A stretch of DNA of 64,000 nucleotides, from NCBI RefSeq assembly GCF_044704955.1, contig NC_091995.1:45818001-45882000 (forward strand). Reading direction: 5' to 3'. Within the stretch, counting starts at the first letter, position 1. Every line of letters starts with the position of its first letter. The translations under genes and the position numbers were made by a program. Of the stretch, positions 47,802 through 59,000 are shown in pieces. The stretch comes from Pristiophorus japonicus (Eukaryota). The notes under the pieces were generated by a model, which was not told the origin of the DNA, ran no database searches, and was given only the letters and a program-made list of their open reading frames with translations.

Positions 47802-50071
47802 ATGGGACAGCAAGTAATCATAAAGATAGAAAACATTTACTATCCTATCCTTGCAACAGTTGGTGTTGCTGGTAAGCTGCTTAAATCAGTTAATATTCAC
47901 CTTAAACAGTGCTTCACTGTGTCACTGTTCCTGCTATTGGTGTATAAATAATATTTGTTTGTTTTGTTGTGATTTATGTGCAGACTTTGCTTACCGCAAT
48001 CAAACAAATAATAATTAGAATACTCTAACTTTCTGACATATTCTTAATGTAATAACGTGACAGACTGCGCAATTTCTATTTATGGAAACAATTTTGGTCA
48101 GATTGTGCCTCCTTTGTAAAGATTCTTGTAATTTTCAGAAACGAAATACTGCGGATTATAGAAACCTCAGCAGGCTAGGAAGTTTATATGGAGTGGGAAA
48201 CTGAATTAAAGTTTAAGGTCAATGACCATTTCTGATAAAATATCATCGATCTAAAATGTTAACGATGTTTCTCTTGCTATATATGCTGTCTGCCCTGCTG
48301 AAGGTTCACAGTATTTTCTATTCTTTTATGTCATTTTTAATCTGAGTCAAATATTAGTATCACACCTGGGTTCTAGTTAATATCATTGAACATTTTTAAA
48401 TAGACATCAAGGTCTGTTTACCACTAACTTTCAGCGACTGTTATCACTATAACTAGAAATCCATAAACAATGGGCGCAGTTACTGTTATGTTTTGGTCCA
48501 AGGTGAGATCTCGAAAAGCAGGCAACTGCCCGGAAATTTTACACTCACAGGGCAACCCTGAAGGTTGCAAGTATGATACTGAGCAGTATTGGATGCTGCA
48601 TTATATTGAGGCCAGCTAATAATGTGAGGCTGCACAGCACAGGTCAAAATGCTGTTTGACTCCCAAAGACAAGGTCAGGCAAAGTTTATAATTATCACAC
48701 CGGTAGCTATGGGGGAGGTTTTATTATTTACGGCTGCATTGGATGGATAGAACAAACTGCTGGAAAGGAGCCACCAGCTTTGCATAGTCCGATGGATTTT
48801 GCTGCCAATTAATATCAAACAAAGGGAAATGCGGCGGGTTGTGTTAGCAAGTGATACTTGGCCAGAATCTCCTTTCAGTGCACCAGTCAATCAATCTCCC
48901 ACTGTGGGGCAATGTTAACCTAGCCCGCCTGTCGGTAAACTGAGAGGATCAGGTACAATGCTGGTTTAACACTATGCCGATTCTACTCTCTACTGAAGGT
49001 AATGGAGAATAATAATGGAGTAAAACGAGCATGGCACTCAATGCATTGATTTTCTCCCTGGAAAGACATTTGGGTGCCAAGATTAGAAATTCATGAATTT
49101 TCATTCCAATAAATTGGTAAGTGATCATCCTCTCAATATAAGGAGAGACAGTAACTTCATCTTCCTCCTCTTCATAGCTAATTTAGCGACAATTCTGGTT
49201 CTCTCCTGTGGAAGCTGCGGTCTCTCCACATGCATCACCAGTTACGTGGTTGCCATGGCAATGGTTGATCTACTGGTCCTGATCTTTACTGTAATCCTGT
49301 ATGAAATTAATGATGCTTATTTTCCATATTCATTTCTGAACTACACTCCCATTTGCAGTCTCAATCTCTCCTTGAGTTTTGCTTCAATTGATTGTTCTGT
49401 CTGGTTAACTGTTGCTTTCACCTTTGATCGATTTGTGGCCATTTGTTGCCAACGGTTTCGATCAAAGTATTGCACCACAGAAACTGCAGCTGTGGTTATA
49501 GCTGTAGTGAGTGGGCTGAGCATCTTAGAAAGTGTTCCAATCTATTTTATAAATTAACCTTGGCAAATAATTGACAATGTACCATGGTCCTGCTATGTAA
49601 TATCAAGTTTTTATACCTCACCAATATGGGTAACATATTGGTGGTTGGAAACAGTTTTAACTCCACTTGCTCCATTTGTGTTCATTTTACTGCTCAATGC
49701 TCTGACCATCAGGCACATCGTACTGGCCAATAGGGTGAAAAAAGGAACTCCAAGCAAACAACAATGCTGAAAATCACAGTCATCCAGAGATTGAGAACCG
49801 AAGGAAATCCATATTTTTATTGCTCGCTATATCTGGCAGTTTTATACTGTTATGGATGGTAACATTCATATCTTATATATTTGTACAATTTGAAGATACT
49901 CAGTTTCTACAAGCAAATTACAATGACCCTTTCACTATTATGGAACAAACTGGGTATATGCTTAGCATGTTGAGCTCCTGCACAAACACCTTTAATTATG
50001 CAGTGTCCCAGAGTAAATTCAGAGCTGAGCTGATACTTATCACTAAGCGTCCACTTGGACGAATAACATAG
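47802..50071 (+). pseudogene. GPR139-like class A GPCR, two exons (47802-47871, 49178-50071), disabled
   Basis: Exon 1 MGQQVIIKIENIYYPILATVGVA G|GTAAGC splices in phase 1 to ANLATILVLSCGSCGLSTC...DLLV...SVWLTVAFTFDRFVAICC...LNALT...ENRRKSI...SSCTNTFNYAVSQSKFR. In-frame TAA at 49555-49557 and a +1 frameshift in the A-run near 49738-49743. Confidence 0.92.
48135..48330. mobile_element. Degenerate inverted Penelope terminal-repeat hairpin in the GPCR intron
   Basis: Same inverted arrangement as 28340-28520. Confidence 0.55.
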
Positions 50072-51584
50072 TTATTTAAGTAAGTTAAATGGCTTCACTG
50101 AATTAAAACACAACAGGAATCATTTTTACTGTGGGAAATAATGCAAATAATGTGATATTGAACTGCCCGCACGCCAGGCAGCACTGTCTTAACTGCAAAG
50201 GAGAAAGGAAATGATGTATAATGGGCGGCAAATATTATACAATCCATTCGATACTATCGTCCAAAACTAAAATTATCTCCAAATGTACCCAAATTGGTTC
50301 AACAGAAATGAGCACAGATTAATTTCCCGTAGAATTGCTCACACTCAGTGAAAGCAGATGTGCCGTGCTTCTTGTTTCTGGGCTCGCCAGCCTGCGTTTA
50401 TTTTCAGTTAAAGTGACAAAATGTGGGACAGGACTTGCTCGTTCAAAAGCAGAGTCTGAATACCGCGGCCGTGATAAATTTACAATTGCAGAGGCGATAA
50501 GCTCGATAAAAATCATGACACACTTTCATGGCTACTAATTAAATTACATTATATCCTTGTTTTTTACTTGTATTCAGGCAAACGATTCACTGATTCTGTC
50601 CATTGGTAGTTGAACATGGAATCCGTGGTCTTATTCTCTATTTTTTAAAATCGTGAGCTAAGATCACAATCCATGTCTTACCTGTTTACAAACTCCAGCA
50701 CACAATAAAGTGTTTGAGTTGAGATAACACGATGAAGCACCATCTCCATCACTAAACAATAATGGTGGGGGTGGGGGTTAGTTGTGAACTTTGATAGGAT
50801 TAGGAGGGTGGGATAGATTTTGGTAACCTTGGTGGTGTTCTGGAATATAAGAGAGCTGGTGTGGGAGTCCTGTGACTCACCTGCAGGGCAGTGGGTGAGC
50901 TTAGATTTTGTCCAAAGGAGGCAGAGGTCTGACATTTAGTAATGCTGGGACACGATATTTAGATTTTGAAAAATCAGATTATGCACCCAGGATTAAATGG
51001 CAGCAGTTATGGAGTGAGTGTTCTGAGGTGTGACACGACAATATGATGGCCTCGGGTTCTACAGAGCTGCAGTAACAGGTCTGAGGTTAATGGACACTAG
51101 AGGCAGGGTACTTGGCTTTAAGCCAAACTGGGAGAATTGGTCCCTGGCAGTACTGTAGTGGTAGAACCAGAGCCTTGCAGAAGTGGTGAGTGGATTCTGT
51201 CTTCTGGCGGGGTAGTACGAGGTCTATGACACCTTTGGTGGGAGTCGAAGGATCCCAGGATCTGACAACATTTCAGTCGATGGCCATGATTGTGAAATTA
51301 GCTTTGTCAGAAATCTTTCTGTAGATACTGCAGTGAGTGACTACCCGTCGGTTCATTGAAAATTAATTAAGTGTAACAGACTTTAACAACAACTGACTGC
51401 TTTACCGGACAAATGGTAAATAAATACATAACCGCTCATGGCATCATTTTAGTTCAAAGGTTCAATGAAAACTATAAAATGTTTTATGCGGATGGCTTGT
51501 GAATATTGCGATGCAGAAGGGGCTAAACCGCAACGTAAATGAATGAATGTTTGTTTTAAAAAGTATAGATGTATAGGCAATCAT

Positions 51585-51925
51585 TGACCTCTCTCCCACT
51601 CTCCCTCCACTGTCCCTCCCACACCCTCTCTCCCTCTCTCACCCTCCCACTCGCTCCCTCTCTCTACATCCCTCGCTTTCCCTCTGACTCTCTCTCTCTC
51701 ACTCTCTCTCCTCCTCCCACTCTAAATCTCCTTCCCCCTCCCACTCTCTCTGTCCGTCCACCAAACACTGTCCCTCTTTCTCCCCTTCTTACCCTCTCTC
51801 TCACTTCCATGACCTCTCCCTCCCCACCCTTTCTATCCCTCTCCTTCAACCAGCTCTCCCTCCCACCCTCTATCTCCCTCCCTCCCTTCCCTCTCTCTCC
51901 GTCTCTTTCTCATTCTCTCACTCTC
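51585..51925. repeat. CT-rich low-complexity tract
   Basis: Degenerate (CT)n/(CCT)n. Confidence 0.85.
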
Positions 51926-51929
51926 AAGC

Positions 51930-52140
51930 CACAAGCTCCTCTTGGTTCTGCCGCAAAGCCCGGGGAGGCACTGACCCCGTGCCCACGCCCATTGGCCCAG
52001 CTGCCTCCTCATTGGAGCAGACCCATCGCTCCCCGCCCTGATTGGCTGTGAGGCCAGGTGGGTTCTGATCGCCCATTGGTCGGTCCAACTGTCTCTCAGT
52101 CTGGACCATGTGCTTTTAGCCCCGCGCTCCGCCCCTGCTC
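51930..52140. promoter_or_regulatory. GC-rich promoter-like segment with four CCAAT boxes and two GC boxes
   Basis: ATTGG at 51991, 52011, 52041, 52075; CCGCCC at about 52033 and 52129; local CpG enrichment. Confidence 0.45.
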
Positions 52141-52464
52141 CAGGACAGACTAAAAGGGCAGACAATTATAGATATAATGGAGGAAGTTGTAATTATCTTT
52201 CTGGAAAATTAACTTGCAACACGTTTTTACATTGATTTTGCTTCAAACTAATTTGTAAAAATGGATTCAATATATGGAAGGGAATATACAATTCAACCAA
52301 TATTAAACTCATTTGCAGACTGGGTAGTTCGTAAAAATGAACTTTAACATAAATAATTGTGCGGCAATGGAGTTTGGTAGGGAAAATATAAACAACCCCT
52401 ACACATAAAAAAAATAAGAAACTGAAAGGGAGAGAAGATCAAAGGGGTATAGAGGTACTACTAC

Positions 52465-54690
52465 AAGAATTTGCATTTATATCGCAGCTTTAAAGTAGTG
52501 AAATGCCGCAAGGTGCTTCACAGGAGTACTGTGCGATGAAAATTTGACACCGAGCCGCAGAAGTAGAAATTAGCGTGTGTGACCAAAAGGTTGGTCAAAG
52601 AGCTATGTTTTTTAGGAGTGTTTTGAAGGAGGAAAGAGAGGTAGTGAGGCGGAGAGTTTTAGGCAGAGCTTGGGGCCTAGGCAACACAAGGAAGAGCCAC
52701 CAATATTTATAATCAGGTATGCTTAGTACAGCATAATTAGAAGGGTGCAGACACCTCGTGGGTTGTGGGGCTGGGGGAGATTACAAGATAAGGAGCGACG
52801 AGGCCATGGAGGGATTTGAAAATACGGATGAGAATTTAAAAAAATGAGGCGTTGCTTAACCAGAAGGCAATGTAGGTCAGCAAACACAGGGTTGATGGGT
52901 GACCAGGACTTGGTGCGAGTTAGGACACTGCCAGCCGAGCATTGTATCACCTTCAGTTTACGTAGGGTCGAATGAAGGAGGCCACCCAGGAGTGCATTGG
53001 AATAGAGAAGTCTAGAGTAATAAAGACAGGATGAGGGTTTCAGCCAGAGCAGCGGATGAGCTGAGGCAAGGGCGGAAGCGGGCAAGGTTACAGAGGTGGA
53101 AATAGGTGCTCTTGGTTATGCTGCGGATATGTGGTCGAAAGCTCAATTCAGGGTCAAGTATGACACGAAGGTTGTGAACGGTCTAGTTCAGCCTCAGACA
53201 GAAGTTGGGGAGAGGGATGGACTCAGTGGCTAGGGAACGGAGTTTGTGACGGCAACCAAAAACAATGGCTTCAGTCTTCCCAATATTCAATTGGAGAAAA
53301 TTTCTGCTCATCCAGAATTGGATGTTGGACAAACAGTCTGAAGATTTAGAGACTGTGCAGGGCTCCAGAAAAGTGGTAGTGAGATAGAGCTGGGTGTCAT
53401 CAGCGTACATGTGGAAATTTACAGTGTGTTTTTGGATGATGTCGCCAAGGTGCAACATGTAGATGAGAAACAGGAGGAGTGCATTGGATAGATTATTGGG
53501 GAATACCAGAGGTTACCACGTGGAAGTGGGAAGAGGAGCTGCTGCAGCTGATTCCCTGGGAATGATTAGTTAGATAAGAATAGAACCAGGCGAGTGCAGT
53601 TCCACCCAGCTACAACCCTGTGTTTGCTGACCTACATTGCCTTCTGGTTAAGCAGCGTCTCATTTAAAAAAATTCTCATCCATATTTTCAAATCCCTCAA
53701 TGGCCTCGTCCCTCCTTATATCTGTAATCTCCCCCAGCCCCACAACCCACGAGGTGTCTGCAACCCTCTAATTATGCCGTATTGAGCATACCTGATTATA
53801 AACACTGGTGGCTCTTCCTTGTGTTGCCTAGGCCCCAAGCTCTGGAACACCCTGCCTAAAACTCTCCACCTATCTCTCTTTCCTTATTCAAAGGCGTTGG
53901 AGATGGCTGGAGCGGTCAACCATGTCAAAGGTTGCAGACAGGTCAAGAAGGACGAGGAGCGATAGTTTGCCTTTGTCGTAGTCAGGAAGGATGGCATTTG
54001 TGTCTTTGATGCGAGCCGTTTGGTTACTGTGGCCAGAACAGAAACTGGATTGGAGGGATTCAAACATGGAATTGTAGGAAAGATGGGCGCATATTTGGGA
54101 GCTGACAACAGATTGAAGGATTTTGTAAAGGATAGGAAGGTTGGAGATGGGGTGATAGTTTGTAATGACGGAGTGGTCGACAGTGTTTTTTGAGGAGAGG
54201 GGTGATGATGGCAGATTTGGGGAGAGCAGGACTGCACTTGATGAGCGAGAACCGTTAACAATGTCAGCTAACATGGGAGCCAGAAAAGTAAGCTGAATGA
54301 TCAGCAGTTTGGTGGGATAAAGGTCAAGGGAGCAGGTAGTGGGTCTCATGGACAGGGTGAGTTCAGAAAGGTCATGAGGGGAGATTGGAGAGAAACTGGA
54401 GAAAGATGTTAGGTCAGGGCTAGGGCAGGGGGAATCCTTCGAGGAAGTTTGGCCCGGTGTGATAGGGGAAGGCAGGGAATATGCAGCGGCAGCTGGACAA
54501 ATGGTCTCAATCTTAGAGATAAAGAAGTCCATGAGCTTCTCACACTTATTTTCAGAGATAAGGGTGAAGACTGGGGAGGTTTAAAAAGATGGTTAGCAGT
54601 GGCGAATAGAAGCTGGGGTTTATCTTTACATTCCAGAATAATTCTGGAGTATTGAGCGATTTTGGCAGACGAGAGCACAATGGGCACAAA
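52465..54690 (-). mobile_element. L2-type LINE, 5'-truncated, with an internal inverted duplication
   Basis: Minus ORFs NYHPISNLP, LLDLSATFD, FHMYADDTQLY, LNIGKTEAIVFG; 52622-52894 is repeated in inverted form at 53613-53891. Confidence 0.9.
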
Positions 54691-54994
54691 TATTTACTGA
54701 TGGGAGTTGGGAAGCGAGTTCGGCTGAGAATAGGCCAAACAATACAGTCCAGAACATGTGTACTGTGAGGAACATTTACCTCAGGTTATTAAAAGCAACC
54801 CACCAGCAGCAGTAATGTAACAATGGACCAATGTCTTACCGGCAGGGTGCAGCACAAAGATTATTGGGAATTGCCTGCTGAAACACTGATCTACAGGGCA
54901 GGGAACAGGAATTCGTATCCAAACAATAAAAATCAGAGATATGAAGTCAGTGGAAAAAAAAATCAGGCCAAGTTGGAAACGGCTGACCATTCTA

Positions 54995-56041
54995 TATTCT
55001 AAAGTTAAAGTAAACATTGGTCCCTTAGAGGATGAGACTGGGGAATTAATAATGGGAAACAGTGAATTGGCAGAGACTTGGAACAAATATTTTATAACGG
55101 TCTTCATGGTAAAAGCATACAAAAAATTTATAATCAAGGGGCTATTGTGTATGGTGTGGGGGGGGGGTACTTAAAAGAGCCACTATCACCAGAGAAAATG
55201 TACTAGGCAAACTAATGGGATTAACGGTGGACAAGTGCCCTGGACCTGATGGCCTGCATCGTAGGGTCTTAAAATAAATGGCTACAGAGATAGTGGATGC
55301 ATTGGTTGTAATCTACCAAAATTCCCTGTTTCTGAAGAGGTCCCAGCGGATTGGAAAACAGGAAATTTAAGAAAGCCGTTATTTAAGAAAGGAAGGAGAG
55401 AGAAAGCAGGAAACTAAAGGCCAGTTCGTCTAACATCTGTCATTGGGAAGATGCTGGATTCCAGTATTAAGGAAGTAGTAGCAGGACATTTAGAAAATCA
55501 TACTGCAATGAAGAAGAGTAAGCATGGTTTTATGAAAGGGAAATCATGTTTGCAAAATTTGCTGGAGTTCTTTGAGGATGTAAAGAGCAGGGTGGATGAA
55601 GGAAAACTGGTAAATGTCGTATATTTGGATTTCCAAAAGCATTCGATAAGGTGCTATAAGGTTACTGCTCAAGATGAGAGCTCATGGGATAGAGGGTAAT
55701 ATATTAGCATGGATAGTGGATTGGCTAACAGAGAGAAAACAGAGAGTTGGGATACCTGGGTCCTTTTCCAGTTGGCAAACTGTAATTTGTGGGGTGCCAC
55801 AGGAATCAGTGCTGGGACCTCAACTATTTACAATCTATATAAATGATTTCGATGAAGGGACCGAGTGTAATGTAGCCAAATTTGCTGATGATACAAAGAT
55901 AGATGAAAATAATCTGCAAAGGGAAAAAGATAGGCTGAGTTTGTGGAGAAAATTTGGCAGATGGAGTATGATGTGGGAAAATGTGAGGTTATCCACTTTG
56001 GTAGGAAGAATAAAAAAGCAAATTATTATTTAAATGGGGAG
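54995..56041 (+). mobile_element. CR1 RT fragment cut off by the retrovirus-like element
   Basis: HGFMKGKSC, YLDFQK, VPQESVLGP, FADDTK; ends abruptly at TTAAATGGGGAG|TGTAGC. Confidence 0.9.
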
Positions 56042-59000
56042 TGTAGCATTTGGCCGGTGCCAACATCAGTGTGTGTAAGAGCCGACAGGAGTTTTTGACT
56101 TTTAAAATGGATCTGTAGCCTTTTAAAATGGAGACACACACAGGCTGCATTTCAAAATGGAGTTTGGGCTTTTGGACTTTAAAAGGACAGATTTTTGGTT
56201 TCTGTGAAGTATAGCAGGAGCTGTCTGTCTTTTGGGTTGCCATGGAACCAGTTTCAAAGCTGACGTCACGAACTTTGTGTGATTTGTGGAAAAACTCCTT
56301 ATGTCCATGGAGCCGGTATGTCTGGATAGACAATGAGGTTTTCAGGCCAAATGTACCACCTCTGGACTATTTCAATGAAGGAGCAGCCAGGAACTCAACA
56401 AACAGTTAGCACTTCGAGAACTGCTCATCTACAGAAATGGCCTACCATTGTTTTCATCAAGTTGACCAATCCAGGACAGAGATGTCACCAAGAAAACCAA
56501 CTAGCATCTCTGTGACCATGGTAACCAGGAATCGCCCAGCCAGTTTTTGTATAATATGGGGTATAAAGATGTTGAACTTTGGGGGATTCAGTGGCTAACT
56601 TTTCTCTGCCATCTGGAATGGGGTTTCCCGCATGGTTACGTGTCCGTTAACTCTCTAGGAATGCCCGAAGTGAGTGCCTCGCCATATCGCCTGAACGTAA
56701 CTCTCTAGACCTCATCGCATGCCTCTGTTAGGCACGGTTTTGTCTTTAGAGTTGAACGGACGCGGGACCATGTGAATCAATGACAAGGGCTGGTAAAAAG
56801 CATATACCGCCGGAAATCCCCAAAACCGCCAGCGTGTTTGGCTGCTAAGGAACTGTAGATGTGTGTGTGAGGAGGCTTCTAAGTGTGGGTTCTGACCGAA
56901 CTGGGAGAGCGATTTAGTTAGAAGGGTTTCCATTATCAAGGCTTACATTCTAGGGAAGGGAGTTGGTTTGGCGTAACTGAAAGGGTGGGTATTTAGTCGA
57001 AGGTTTTAAGCTCGTGTTCGCAGTCACCTAGTCTTTAAGCCATAAGCGAGATGAGTAGGGGTTGCCGTTTTGTGAGTGTAATGAAAGGAATCAATCTTTG
57101 AACAACCTGCACCATTTTGTTTTGTCTGAGTGGATTATAATCTATCCATCGCAACTTCTTTGTTTGCGAACTTGGGGGTTGTGGGGCTTGTGGTTCACGG
57201 AAGACCAACCGGGTGTCATCCACTCATGGCCGGGGTTACACAGTAATCCCGCTGCAGACGCTGCACATCGGGCATAGGAGAAGATCTATCTGACCTTTGT
57301 CTCTCTCTCTCTCTCTCTCTCTCTCGCTCTGTGTTTACCCACTAATCAACGGGCTAAGCAGGAACTATTGGCAAAAGCTCCTGCCATCCCAAGGGGAAAT
57401 ATCCCAAACCGTGGAGTTTTAATGCATGGTTAGACTGAAGGGAGGATCATAGAGACACGGGGCACACAAAACACCCGACAGCAATGACTACTGCAGCAGG
57501 ACGCGAGGGCGTGGGTGGTTCAATTGAAGTTAAAGTTGAAATGGTTCGGTCAGGTTTGGAAGATAGGATCGCATCCTACGTGTTCACTAAAATTAATGTG
57601 TTCCAGCAGTGCGGCTAGACATGTTACACTCAGACAGTCCTCAGGTTAGAGCTGCTGAGTGGACAGGGGGAAAGGAGCATAAGATGTCGAAGGAAAAGGC
57701 AGTTTGGCTCATATGCTTTCTAGGATTGTATTCATGATCAGTGCGTGGAAAAGATTCAGCTGTTAAAGAAGCAGGTAAACAGGCTTCAGGGGCAGCTGGA
57801 GGAGTTTGAAAGGGAATCAGACACATGTGGTATTGCGGGTCGGCAGTTGGTGGAGGAATTAGTTACAGAAAAGCAGTAAAGGAGGACTGTAGAAAAGTCT
57901 TCCCGGACGGCTGGGGAATATTTACATGCCAGGTTACCGAGGCTAAGTTGCACGACCAAGTCCTCCGAGAATAAAATTTCCGACTAGCAGCGAAAGGGCT
58001 GGAAAGCAAGTTTAATGACATGACGACCACCTACAGGGTGACTAGGAGTAAGGGCTTTGAGGATTGTAATCACGATCAGTGCGAGGAAACAATCAGGAAG
58101 CTACAAAAGGCTTTGGCTGGGTCTAGAGGCATGGTGTGCTTAATGGCGCCAGGTGGATCCCAGTTAGACCGGGAAGAGGATAGGCCCCAAGCAGAAGTTC
58201 CAGTCGCAGTACAAGAAGAAGTAGCTCCACCAGTGGGCAGGGAGCAACCGGGACCCATGTGTCCATTGCGGCAGCAGAGGTATGGTCCGCCAGCACCCAA
58301 ATGTGATGAGGGCCTGCTCCAAAATGACAACGTCGTCCCATTCACGAATCCTCAGCTCCGAATGATGATGGAGGGAATGGCAAAACTTAGCATCAAAGGG
58401 GACCCCACAGTCATTTCACTAAGATAGAACAGATAGGGGGCTTAAACGAGTGCAATGATGTGGCAACGCATGTACTTTTATTCTCCCTAGAAGGGATACT
58501 ATACCAAAGCCTGTCCACTGCCTCTAAGGCAGGACGAGGAAATCCTATGAGCCATGGGCCATACACAGAGGAGTCCATTTTCCCTCGTTGAGAATACACT
58601 GCAGATGGCCGGAGAAGCTCCGATTGCTTTGGCCGATAGGCTCTGGCCCATCTATGTTTAGGCAATGGTGGGCAGACAGGAATGAGCACAACTGCTAGGG
58701 GAGGTCCATAATTACGGGCTAAGGACCCTGGTTGCTAAAACACTCCCAGTTTTTCGAGCCAAGGCCAATGCCTGGTTTGATGCCGATGACCTCGCGAACA
58801 CTGAGGCTGTGGTGCTTAGAAAGCTCACCATGGCTTTCAGGCCCCTGGGTGAGGATGAGGTGAAGTCAGTGAGATGAAGGCCGGTAAGGGCAAAAGGAAG
58901 GAATGACGTCAGGAAGGGCCCCACACTAGTGTGTCAAAAACTTGTTTTCAATGTGGACAGATGGGGCATTGGAGGCGGGAGTGTCCAACCCAGAAAGGGG

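Noticed and set aside
47802-50071. True GPR139 orthologue
   Set aside because: Divergent, disabled and multicopy here; only family-level similarity is supported.
50678-50935. Possible minus-strand coding exon ending at a GTAAG donor
   Set aside because: No recognisable domain or partner exon; kept only as context for the orphan promoter.
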